NCBI RefSeq assembly: GCF_000143415.4
Contig: NW_003314304.1
Span: 1,354,841 to 1,418,840, forward strand
DNA from: Selaginella moellendorffii
Taxonomy: Eukaryota > Plantae > Lycopodiophyta
Reading direction: 5' to 3'
DNA: 64,000 bases
The notes under the pieces are model-generated. The model searched no databases. It was not told the DNA's origin and was given only the letters and a program-made list of their open reading frames with translations. Within the stretch, counting starts at the first letter, position 1. Each line of letters begins with the position of its first letter. A program made the translations under genes and the position numbers. Below are positions 1 through 10,639 of this stretch, in pieces.

Positions 1-1
1 C

Positions 2-2746
2 GGGGACAGGGAGGGCGAGAGCACGGAGACGACGAGCATCGGGCTTGTAGCGCATTCGCTGGCCAGGCAGGGCAAGATCGATGAGGCGATCAAGATGTGC
101 TCGGAGATGGCCAGGAGGGGATGCGTTCCAGAGATTACGGTGCTCAGTGCCTTCCCGGCGGTGAGATTGGGAGCTGGAGCTTGCCTGGTGGATCTTCCGC
201 GGGGCTGGAGCTCGCGGCAAGAGCTCTCTCCGCATTCCTCGGTGATCAAGGTACTTTGCAAGGCTGGGAAGTTCCAAGAGGCTCACAAGAGCGCTGTGGC
301 GATGCTGAGACAGGGATTGGTGGTGGAGACTTTGGTGCTCAACACTCTGGTCTATGGACTCTACAAGGCCGGGTTGAGCGACCAGTGCTTCCTGATCCTC
401 CTGGAGATGGCTTCCAGGGGCAGCTCCCTGGATGTTCTTGCCGGAGAAGAGGATGGTGGAAGCGTCGTCCATAGAATCTGTGGAGCTTTGGATGATTTGA
501 TCGAGCACAGCGTTTGCCCGGACGTTGTGTTCTACACCACTTTGGTGGATGGGCTTTGCGCGATTGGGAAGATCGAGGAGGCTTATTTCCTCTACAGAAA
601 CTCGGCAGCCAAGAACGAGTTTAGCGTCTCCACGTGCAATGCGCTCGTTCAAGGTCTCATCGAGCGTGGCCGGGGTGCCGAAGTTTTTCCGCTCGTCCTG
701 AGCATGGTCAAGAACGGGTTTGCAGTGAAGAACAACGTTCTCGACTCGCTCATCGCGAAGTTTTGCGAGGCAGGGAAGGACGAGATGGTTCTTCCGGGGT
801 TCTACTCAGCCGACGAGAGTTTGCTGGATCACAAGTCGATGCTTGCGGGGCTCTGTGGCCTGGGGAAAGTCGAGGAAGCGTCTCGGTTCCTGGGTGATAT
901 GGTCAGAAGGAGTGCTGTTGCGGACACCGACACTCTCAACTTCTTGGTGCTGGAGCTGTGCAAGGCAGTGCTCGAGAGGCCAGAGAACTACAATCTATTC
1001 GATACGATCGTGAGAACTACAACAAGTTCCAGCCTTTGCTCTTCTACCACGTACGAGATACTAGTGGATTTCCTCTACAAGGCGGACAGGATGGAAGACG
1101 TTCACAGACTGGTGAAGAAAATGCTCGACAAGAAGTTCGTGCCGGACAGCAACACGTACAACTCTCTCGTCGTCAAGCTCTGCGAGGAACACAGGGTCGA
1201 CGACGCTTTGGTTCTACTCAAAAGGGCGACCTGCACCGTGAGCACCGCAGCTAGCAACTGTGTTCTTCAGGCGCTATGCAAAAATGGTGGCGGTGTTGAT
1301 GTGGCTCTAAAGTTTGTGGAGTGGATGCGAACCAAAGACCAAGCTCCCGATTCCGCGTCCTGCAATGCTCTGATGGAAAGGCTGATCAAGGAGAAGAAGA
1401 TGGAGCAGGCCTTCTCGTTGTACCACGGGACGATGGTTAAGCAGCGGTTCAAGCTGGACAAAGCCTCGTACGATGCGATTCTAGGTGGCCTCTGGGAGTC
1501 AGGGAAAGAAAACGAAGCTGTCAAGCTTTTCCAGCAGATGGTCCGGAACGGCATTGCACCAGACGCTGCAACAAGCAACATTCTCATCGCTGGCCTCTGC
1601 AAATCCCGGAAAGTTGACGCCGCTCTCAAGATTGCGAGCATCCTGCCGACGATGGGATGCGTCCCCGATCTTGGTGCTTACAAGACACTCCTGGCCGCCC
1701 TTTGCGAGCGAGGCGATCCAGAGCTGGTCAAGAACCTGGTGAAGGATATGAGTGACAATGGACGGCTTCTCGATCTCGACAGCTACAACACGGCTTTTCT
1801 CTGCTTCTCAAGATCCGGCCGGGACGCAGAGATACACAAACTATTTCTCCGGATGATGGAGAAGGGGTGTGAGCCAGCCGACGAAACTTACGAGCTAGTA
1901 TTCGGCAGTCTTTGCACTGCAAACAACCTGGACGGTGCCTGGGAAGCATTACAGGCAGTCATCAAGGCGGGGTTCTTGCCTCTGAGGAAATGCGCATACA
2001 GGCCATATCTCCTTGGCTTGCTAAAAGCTGGGAGAGTGGAACAGGCAGTAGAGTTTTTCAAGGACAGCATTGGTGGCGACCCCGCAATTCTCCTCGACTG
2101 CTTTTTGGAAGCTGGATTGGTGGCCGGGGCTTGTGACTACTATGACGAGACGCTAGCGGACAGGGAAGGCTCAAGCCTGGCTCTTCTGGAGATTATACGC
2201 GAGCAAAGTGGTGACAGGATGGGCGTTGCATGCCAGTTCGTGAACGAGCTCAGTTTGAGGAGAAGAAGTATTAGCGTCGGGAGCGTAGTTTTGGAGCTGA
2301 TCAAGTGGAAGAGGCTGGATTTAGCTGCTGGAATGGTGGAGGAAGGAGTGAAGCTGGGGTGTGCTAGCAGCTCTACAGTGAAGATAATGGCGGACAGGTT
2401 GCTGGAGGAGAATAAGGTGGACGAGCTATGCAAGCTCTTCGGCGTGGTTTTGGAGCAAGACGAGGATGGGCGGGAGATTGGGCTGGCGAGGAAATACATT
2501 CGCAGGCTGCTCACGAGAGGCGAGATTGACGTCGCGAACAGGATTTTCGAGATGGCCGTGAGTGGCGATGGCGGCAAGACGAGGAAGTCCGAGAAGAGGA
2601 AGAAGAAAACGTGCGACCTCTACGATTTGGTCATCACAGATTTTTGCAAGCTCGGGAGATTCGAGGAGGGAGCTCGAGTTTTGGAGCACTTGTACGAGAA
2701 TGGAGTTCTGCCAAGAGCCAATAAGGTATGTTCAACAAATCGTTGA
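2..2746 (+). CDS. Pentatricopeptide repeat (PPR, P-class) protein, 5' end outside window
   Basis: Many 35-aa PPR motifs (PDVVFYTTLVDGLCAIGKIEEA, PDSNTYNSLVVKLC, PDAATSNILIAGLCKSRKVDAA). The frame is open from nt 2, upstream of the ATG at 95. A possible final intron lies at 2726-2805. Confidence 0.93.
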   Translation, partial: GDREGESTETTSIGLVAHSLARQGKIDEAIKMCSEMARRGCVPEITVLSAFPAVRLGAGACLVDLPRGWSSRQELSPHSSVIKVLCKAGKFQEAHKSAVAMLRQGLVVETLVLNTLVYGLYKAGLSDQCFLILLEMASRGSSLDVLAGEEDGGSVVHRICGALDDLIEHSVCPDVVFYTTLVDGLCAIGKIEEAYFLYRNSAAKNEFSVSTCNALVQGLIERGRGAEVFPLVLSMVKNGFAVKNNVLDSLIAKFCEAGKDEMVLPGFYSADESLLDHKSMLAGLCGLGKVEEASRFLGDMVRRSAVADTDTLNFLVLELCKAVLERPENYNLFDTIVRTTTSSSLCSSTTYEILVDFLYKADRMEDVHRLVKKMLDKKFVPDSNTYNSLVVKLCEEHRVDDALVLLKRATCTVSTAASNCVLQALCKNGGGVDVALKFVEWMRTKDQAPDSASCNALMERLIKEKKMEQAFSLYHGTMVKQRFKLDKASYDAILGGLWESGKENEAVKLFQQMVRNGIAPDAATSNILIAGLCKSRKVDAALKIASILPTMGCVPDLGAYKTLLAALCERGDPELVKNLVKDMSDNGRLLDLDSYNTAFLCFSRSGRDAEIHKLFLRMMEKGCEPADETYELVFGSLCTANNLDGAWEALQAVIKAGFLPLRKCAYRPYLLGLLKAGRVEQAVEFFKDSIGGDPAILLDCFLEAGLVAGACDYYDETLADREGSSLALLEIIREQSGDRMGVACQFVNELSLRRRSISVGSVVLELIKWKRLDLAAGMVEEGVKLGCASSSTVKIMADRLLEENKVDELCKLFGVVLEQDEDGREIGLARKYIRRLLTRGEIDVANRIFEMAVSGDGGKTRKSEKRKKKTCDLYDLVITDFCKLGRFEEGARVLEHLYENGVLPRANKVCSTNR

Positions 2747-2793
2747 GAATTTACAAGTTTGACGTATAGTTTTCTTTTCTATCTCTTTTCTTT

Positions 2794-4907
2794 TCACTCG
2801 ATCAGATGTTCCGCGACTAGTACGCATGCATCGCGCTCCAGGAATTTTTCTGGCCCCGCGGCCTCGCTCATGTCGTCTGGAGATATGAGTGGAGAGCACT
2901 CCACGTCGGGAGCGATTCCAACTTGGTCGATTTGGTGGAGAGATGGTGACAAGTACTTTGCGACGGTCACGAACAAAGCCGAGCCATCCCAGAGTTGAGA
3001 AACGCTCTGGATACACAAAAAATAAATTCCAGGAGCGCTCTCAGTGTCACTTCATAACAAAGAAATAGAAGAAGAAAGAGATGGACTTACTTGTATCTTG
3101 CCTTTGCCAAACGTTTTGTGTCCCACAAGTATGGCTCTTCCATTGTCGTGAAGAGCCCCGGCTAATATCTCGCTAGCACTAGCGCTGCCTTCGTTTACCT
3201 GTGAGGCGAATCGACACAAGTAAGCAAACCAAAGACCAAAGATAAAAAAAAAAACAGTAGTCGACTTACAAGTACCACAAGAGGATCGTGTGTAAGAGCG
3301 TGGCCTCTAGCCACATTGATGGGAAGAGTGACCCCACGTCGATCGACAGTGTTCACTAGAGTTTCGTTGCCATCCAGCCACATCTCCGCAACATCTAGTC
3401 CAGCTCTCACCAATCCTCCCTGTAAAGAACGCTGGGACAAGTCAGAAAGGAAAAGCTCCATTTCAATGGAGGAGAAAACTCTACCGGATTGTTGCGGAGA
3501 TCAAGTATGTAGGAATCCACGTTGCTTTCTTCCAGTTTGAAGATGGCCTTCTGCATATCTGCGGCTGCGTTCTGGAGACAATTCAGCCAGGTTAGTAGAC
3601 TTGAATTCTGGAAAGGAAGGAACCTGTGAGAATTGTGCCAGGCGTATGTATCCAGTGCTTGTTTTCCGGCCAGACGAGTTTGTGTGTGGCAGCACTGCAG
3701 TATAAACTGGAGACATGGATATGGTTTCGCGTTTCAGCTTGAGCTGCACGACAAAATCAGCAAGAGTTCGTTCACATTAGTGGCTTACCTCTTTCAGCTC
3801 TGGCGCGGAAGACGTGTCTGGAGAAAGCTGCAACAAATGAAACCAGTAAAGCCGGAAAGAGGATAAACACGTCCTACCGTTCGTCGGAGTTTCACACCGA
3901 CGATAGTTCCAGCCTTTCCACGGAGTTTTATAGCGGCGTCTTCACCATTCATTCCAACAAGAGCCACATCTGTAAAAGCATCAAAGTTGAGTATTATTTC
4001 CGCGGAGGCGAAGGAAAAGAGGAATGACCATCTATCTGAACGAGCTCGTCTCCAGGACGTACGCCTGCTCGTTCTGCTGGGCCACCTTCAATTGTGGCAA
4101 GCACAACCTGAAGTTTGGAACGATAAGCTTGAATAAGAAATAGTGTACAGGATTACCAGCTTGCCAGACTCTTGCTCAGTCGCAATCAACAAACCAACAC
4201 CATCAACAGCACCATCGTTGCTTATACGGAAGTTTTCATACTCCTGGAGACGACACAAATCAAACTGGACATCTCCTCAGCGATGGTTACCTTTGGCGTG
4301 ACTATACGAGTGTAAGGGTCGCCAAGAGTTGCAAGCATGTCACGGACTTGCTCGTATGCAGTTTCAGACGAATCCAAAGTCGAGAGTTTCAGAATCGTGT
4401 CCTTTAGTTGCGATGTCCAATCTGCGAGGAAAGGCCACTTCAATAAAAGTTTTTTGTATGAAGATGTTTACCTTGCTTATTGAACGTCGGGTCGACATAT
4501 GTATCTCGAATGATGCTCCACGCTTGGAGAAGTGTTCGCTGAACTGTAAGCACCTGCGAAACGGAGTGTGATTCTCACAGAACTGGAGAATTCCCGGCCT
4601 TTACCTCGTTAAAACTTGATCCGGGAAAGGTCAAAACTTCGTCAGCAAGTACCGGACAAGGGGACTGCGTCAAAACCAGTGAAGCCGCTGCAACAGCCAA
4701 GCTTTTCTTGAAGAACGAGAGAACACCCTTCATGTCCAGCTTCACGGACTCATTTTTCTGCCTGCTCGATTGTTCCATTGGACTGCGCATTCGGCAGGTA
4801 TACAGAGTTTTTGCTTGTACCCGAAGCGTCTTGACATTTGCCACTTGTTTCCTGATGCAGAGTTCGTTTGCAGAGGCAAATGCGGAGCGTCTACAAAGAG
4901 CATCCAT
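2794..4907 (-). CDS. CTPA: Carboxyl-terminal processing peptidase (CtpA/S41A family, PDZ + peptidase), multi-exon, probably plastid-targeted
   Basis: Exons translate to [68 protein letters not shown] and [10 protein letters not shown]...[12 protein letters not shown]. Short GT-AG introns; N-terminal transit-like region ending in an AVAAASLVL...VLA segment. Confidence 0.92.
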
Positions 4908-5299
4908 CTGAAAAGGAGAAACGTGAGAATTGGATGCAAAAGGAAGAGAGGAAAGATTCACTCACTTGAGAGCCTGTGATTGGAACTCCAACTGTCGAGA
5001 AGGAAGAATTATACGTTGGAGCTCCAGATCACGCAAAAGGGCCACAGCCCAACTCCGAGGCGAGCCCTCCAAGGGGCTCCTCTATCCTTGGAGCAAGCAA
5101 TCCCTATTGCGTGTTCTCGCACGTCTAGTCACTGCAAGAACAAAGTTGAAACGATACACGTGGCACGATTGTAATGGCCAACACCAAATATTCCACAACC
5201 AATTGAGTGGCTGGGAATGATAGAAGTGCATATAAACAAGGAAGCAATACATACACTGTGTACACGGAACGGAGTAGAATCTGAATCTCACCCCCGTTT

Positions 5300-6905
5300 C
5301 TATTTGTCTTCTTTCTTCGCTTGCTTCTCCTTGATTTTCTGGAAATTCGCTGCCAGCTTAGTGCATAAACACGGCAATTTTCTGTGCTTACCTTTTTCAA
5401 AACTTTGATATACTTGCTAATCTGAAAGATGGACAAGTTAGCTGTGTCGAAGAAAAAAGGAAAGAATCGCTAGAAACCTGTACAAGGCCGGGATGCATCG
5501 CATAAGCTTTCTCGAGCCAGCAGAGAGCTGATTCTGGATCTTGAATCGCCACATAACATAGGCCTAGTCCTAGTAGTACAAAAACGAAGGTAGAAAATCA
5601 TAAAATAAGTGAGATGTGTGCATATAAACTCACCACTGAGTGCCGCGAAATGGTAAGGATTCAGCTTCAAAGTTCTCTGGCAATCCTCTATAGATTTGTG
5701 ATAATCCTGCACAACGCAAGTCAGTAAGAACGTTGCTAGAAATATTTTTTTGGAGACTGACTTGGAGCAAGTAATGTACTGTGGCTCTCTTGTTATAGCC
5801 TTCTGCAAACGATGGTGCCATGTTGATCACCTAAAAACCACAGCATAACTAAGAAACGACCATCGATAAGCTAGCTTTATGATCTCCATTACCTCGGTGA
5901 AAATCTCCCGAGCCGCGGCCAAGCCATCCTTGCCGACCATTTTGGAGACGCCTTCCTGGGCATTGAGTAAGAAAAATGCGTTTCTTTCCTTCGAAAGGTA
6001 CCTGAATGCGCTTATCAACGTCGTCTCTACCTGATCTCATAAATATTCTCCACATTGCCTACATTGCAAACAAGAAAGAATGATAGAAACTTGGAATCCA
6101 ATACATGCAGAAAAAACCACCGCCAAACCTTCTCAGTTTCCAAAACGATGTTGTGATTCTCGTCTCTCAGACAAGCACTTAGCGTAGGAAATATCCTCTT
6201 GTCTCCAAAATCCCCAAGAGCCTGCAAGGAAAATCAGGAAAAAAACTAAAAACTCTATACACACCTCGATCGCTTGTATCCTTTCACTGACATCTCCATC
6301 ATCTAACAGCTTCGTGTTCTTCAAAAGAACCTGGTAGAAAACCAAAAGCATTCAAAAGAACTTAGAACTCACTCTCAAAAATTCTGGCAACCAAAGAAAA
6401 AATCCAGACCATGCAAACTCGAGATAGTTCTTCCATACCCGCTCGGTCGCAGTGAGCTCGGCTTTGAGTCCTCCAAGAATATCCCGCAGCTTGACAGCTT
6501 CTCCATAATTCTCATCGCTCACGGCAACTCGGAGCAATCTAGAAGAATGCCGTCACTAAGAGAAAATCCCCATAGCAATCGCAAGAGAAAGTTCTCACAC
6601 CTTTCCAAGAGTTGGACCCTCTCCCAGGTAGTGTAATCCTCGTCCTCTTGAGCTGGAGCGCTGCTTTGCTGCGGCATTCCTTTGCGGAGAGTGGAAATCT
6701 GGATCGAGGACGAAGGAGGCGACGAGACAAGCGATAATCTCCTCCAATTCCCAGCAGACAGCCACGAATTCCTGCTCGGATAGCTGCTCGACGACGCCCT
6801 AACCGAGACGAATCCCAGGACGATCTTCCCTGTGCCGTGGGGGAATGCGATTGCGGCATGATCGTGGAAGAGCCGCTGCCGCGGCTGCGCGATCGAATCG
6901 GCCAT
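5300..6905 (-). CDS. UVR + HEAT-like + TPR repeat protein, multi-exon, probably plastid-targeted
   Basis: Ser/Arg-rich transit-like N-terminus; UVR motif LRVAVSDENYGEAVKLRDIL; HEAT-like ALGDFGDKRIFPTLSACLRDEN; TPR motifs APSFAEGYNKRATVHYLLQDYHKSIEDCQRTLKLNPYHFAALSG. The last exon is inferred as KIKEKQAKKEDK* (5338-5300). Confidence 0.8.
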
Positions 6906-6928
6906 AGCGAATGAAATGAATGAAACAT

Positions 6929-6937
6929 AAACCCTAA
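6929..6937 (+). promoter_or_regulatory. Telo-box (AAACCCTAA) in the divergent TPR/mTERF intergenic gap
   Basis: Exact AAACCCTAA between the two start codons (6905 minus, 6967 plus). Confidence 0.55.
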
Positions 6938-6966
6938 TTCTTGATAGGGCTTTTGGCGAGAATTTG

Positions 6967-8355
6967 ATGGCAGCTAGCCGCTGCGTCGCGCGATCCTTGC
7001 TCGCGCGGCTTCGCTCCTCCCGAGCGATCCGCAGCACCACCGGCATTCTTCTCCATGATCCAAGGCCGCAGCAGACGAGGCGGACATTGCTGGAATGCGG
7101 CGTTCCTGATCGATCGTGGCATCTCTTCGCGAGGCATCAGCATTCCTCGGCGGCGATCGAAGGAGGTGAGAATGCAGCACTAGAATCGGCAGTAGAAACG
7201 AAGGAAGAGGATCCATTCACGAGGGATTTTGGCTTCTCCAAGGTTTTCGCCAAGAAGAACTTACCCGAGCTCCTCAAGCCAGAAGGCCAGGCCAAGATGG
7301 CTCCCTTGTTCGCGAGGCTTCGATCGTTCGGAGTCGATGACACGAGATTGAAAGCGCTGGCCAAGGATCACACAACTCTTCTTCGTAAGTACCGCGGCGA
7401 TCCATCGTCTCTAGAGGAGAACGTCCGGTTTCTCTCTCGCCACGGGCTCAACGACACGCAAATGGCCGACGCTGTGAAGAAGCATCCAGCGCTCCTCCTC
7501 CTCGACGTGGCCAGCGATCTAGAACCCAGAGGGAAGTTTCTCATGGAGCAAGGACTCTCTCCATCGGCTATAGCGGCCATTCTCTCGAGCTGTCCAGCGA
7601 TCATGACGACCAACACCAAAGATCTCATCGCTCGCATTGCCTACCTCTCGCGAGCTGGGATCAGCCGGAAGTTCTTGAGCTCCTGCGTGGTGAAACATCC
7701 AGCGCTGCTAAGTCACGACGTGGATCAAAAGCTTCGTCCGGTGCTCAAAGTTCTCAGCGATAGGCTGGCGCCGCAGGTGGTGAGGAACTTGGTGGCCATC
7801 GTTCCAGCGGTGTTTGCTCGCAAGCCAGAGATGGTGGACGATCTTATCAGCGCTTTCAAGTATATAGGCTTCCAGGGAGAGGTGGATACGTGGTTGCAAT
7901 CCATGTCGTGGGGAGTTCGCTTTGGCCCCGAGGCCGTGAGAGACAAGATCGACTTTCTGATGAGCATGGACATCCACTACCGGCACGTCGCGGTGATGCT
8001 CAAGGCCGAGCCACACATCCTCCAGGTTGACAACGCTGTGCTCAAGGAGAAGCTCGACTTTCTCTTCAAGGGGATGAAGCTGGACGTGGAGGAGCTGCTC
8101 AAGTGCCCGGCCTACCTGAGCAAGAAGAGCATGGACAGAGTGAAGATCCGGTGGAAGGTGCTGTCCTTGCTCAAGTCCAGAGGGATCATCCAAAGGATCC
8201 ATCTCAAGGACATGGTTACTTTACCCAGGAAATGGTTCGTGGAGACCTTCGTGTTCAAGTATCCCGATTGCGGAAGGGTCTACTATGGCGAACGATCGGC
8301 GTTGAAGCAAGCTCGTGCGGAAGCTAGAGGGGAGAGATCAACGTCATACTACTAG
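6967..8355 (+). CDS. mTERF family protein (intronless, mitochondrial-type presequence)
   Basis: Repeated mTERF motifs (VKKHPALLLLDVASDLEPRGKFL, VVKHPALLSHDVDQKLRPVL, LKAEPHILQVDNAVLKEKLDFL, CPAYLSKKSMDRVKIRW) and an Arg/Ser/Leu-rich N-terminus. Confidence 0.92.
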   Translation: MAASRCVARSLLARLRSSRAIRSTTGILLHDPRPQQTRRTLLECGVPDRSWHLFARHQHSSAAIEGGENAALESAVETKEEDPFTRDFGFSKVFAKKNLPELLKPEGQAKMAPLFARLRSFGVDDTRLKALAKDHTTLLRKYRGDPSSLEENVRFLSRHGLNDTQMADAVKKHPALLLLDVASDLEPRGKFLMEQGLSPSAIAAILSSCPAIMTTNTKDLIARIAYLSRAGISRKFLSSCVVKHPALLSHDVDQKLRPVLKVLSDRLAPQVVRNLVAIVPAVFARKPEMVDDLISAFKYIGFQGEVDTWLQSMSWGVRFGPEAVRDKIDFLMSMDIHYRHVAVMLKAEPHILQVDNAVLKEKLDFLFKGMKLDVEELLKCPAYLSKKSMDRVKIRWKVLSLLKSRGIIQRIHLKDMVTLPRKWFVETFVFKYPDCGRVYYGERSALKQARAEARGERSTSYY

Positions 8356-9029
8356 TCACAGGTATTTCCATCTATTGTTTGGAGCTAGCTCAGTTTTTTA
8401 GTTTTACAGGTGCTCTTTACAAGCACTAGCAACGCAAGACAGGCTCACATCTGACTTGTAAGTGAATTGTGAGCTCTATAATTCAAGTTTTCAACTTTGC
8501 TCACAGGTCTCCTTGCGAGTTGAGAGCTCTTCGTATCTCGTAAGATGATGCTGTGTTCTTGTCCTGTTTGGAATCAGAATCGAAGTTAGCTGTGTGCTTC
8601 TTTTCATTGTCATGGCAAACTTATACTTATTGGGATCTCTGTTTACCACATCTTCTTCAGTGGATTGAACTCGTTTTCAGGCCATGGATCGTCCGAAAAC
8701 CTTGGATCCACAGCTGGCTTCTAAGAGGCGTACATCAAAACAAGAAAGCAAATTCACCAGGTAGCGTCACACATCAAGAGTTTCCTCTTCCTCTCAACAC
8801 CGCTGTTTGCTGTTTGTGCACTTGCTCTAGCTCCAGGGAGTACGATATCTATGTGCTTAGCAGCAGCTTCGGTTTCTCCACACAAGTCTTACCAAGTCTT
8901 GTGATAAACCAATGCAATATGGATTGAGTTACAAGCTGTTACCAGCTGTTTTGAACATAAGTGACAAAAACAACTTGTTTGTATGTACATTGTGCTTTCC
9001 ACTGCTGAATTCTATAAATTAGAAGGAAA

Positions 9030-9406
9030 AGAAATAATGAAAGTAGCATTCTCTGAAGTGTTTTGTGATGAACTCAAGTGTCACAATGCTATGCATTTCT
9101 CTTGTGGTCTTGTCTGCTGGATTAGTATCTTATGCTCGGACAGAAGGTACATATAAATAGATTTTATTGTTATGAATGGCTAATTTGCTTTGCTCAGATT
9201 TATCAGATCTTAGAGACGCCTCTAAACTCTTTTGTGATCGTTGCCAACAAACAAACAACGAAGTGTATTGTGCATTCTGTAATGCAATCAAAAGTGATTC
9301 AACTCCAAGCAAAACTTTGGATGAAGATGAGTCTGTGCCTTATGTGACAAGTGGTGTTGCCATGGATACCTATGTGACCTCACCACTTGAAAAAGATTCA
9401 CAGTAA
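9030..9406 (+). pseudogene. Degenerate Cys/His-rich (PHD-finger-like) coding remnant
   Basis: Fragments VFCDELKCHNAMHFSCGL, FYCYE and LFCDRCQQTNNEVYCAFC occur across frames; there is no continuous ORF. Confidence 0.3.
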
Positions 9407-10639
9407 GGAGTTCCTTTTGCAAGACTAATAACATATATTCTGTACAAACTATGCAGGTCAATTTCTGCTGAGAAAGAAAGCAAAAGCTACTTCTGTAAGA
9501 GTTTTTGTGGCAGTGGCACCATCTTCTCAAGTAAACTGTGTAAGGCTTGCCCTGCTTCAGCTCCATCACCAGCACCATCTTCCAAACATCACTAAGAAAT
9601 CTGTACTGTTGGACTAAATATTTTAATAACAAAAAGAATTTACTCCTTTCTGGTTCATTATCCTGCAGCAAATCTCAATAGTATCTAAGGCACGAAGTGA
9701 TGGAGGAGCACTTGCACCACCATGCTTGCTCCTGGAAATGTCATCTTCGCTTAATCCTCATGTATTGATTATAGAAAACATTGGCAATATTTATCAATTC
9801 ATTACAAAGATTCAAACAGCATTCTTGAACTCCTTAAATGCATCTATGCCCAGAGTTTGTATTTACTAAGAAGGGCATTTAGGCAAAGTTGAGTTGAACT
9901 CACAAGTTGACTTTAAATTAGCATAAGTCAACTTTAAGTCAATGCAATCAATCAAAGGTTTTGATCAAGGAAATCTAAGTTGGAAAAATGAAAGTTCTAA
10001 CAAACTTTAAAATATTGAAATATGTAACTACCTGAGTCAAAAGTTATATTAGATTAAATCATTTAAAAAAGATTAAGTTCATGAGAACTTATCTTTTCTA
10101 CTATGAACCACTTTTACAATTATCACATTTTAATTTTCTTGCAATTCATTGAAAAAGACCAAAATATGAATCATGAAACATTTTAATGGCTAGAAATATT
10201 AGTGTATGCTACTAAAAGCAATATATATTTACATATTATTCTTTTAGTCAAAACATTTTTATTTTTTTGGGTTCTTGAGAAGATGGGAAATAAGGAAAAT
10301 AAAATATTTATGAGTACGTGTTGTAGTACAAAGGAATATAAAAATGTTATTTTTTTTCATTACCACATCCTCCATATTACACTCTTCATTTTTATTACCA
10401 AATCCAAAATATAAAAACTACTGTCACCATTGATAAAAATACTCTTATTATTTCAAAAGCAACACCCTAGGGTAATAGAAATGAAAAAATGAGTAGTACA
10501 ACAAAAAACATTAACAAATCTACTCTATAGAACTTTTCTATGGTATTTATAATTTATATGTTAATTATATAAAAACATTTACTTACATATATTTGTTCAA
10601 AAAGGTCCACAATTACAAATAACTCTTTGTTAAAGATAA

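Noticed and set aside
95-8355. Functional cluster of four organelle-related genes
   Set aside because: PPR, TPR and mTERF genes are abundant in plants, so adjacency in a compact genome is expected by chance.
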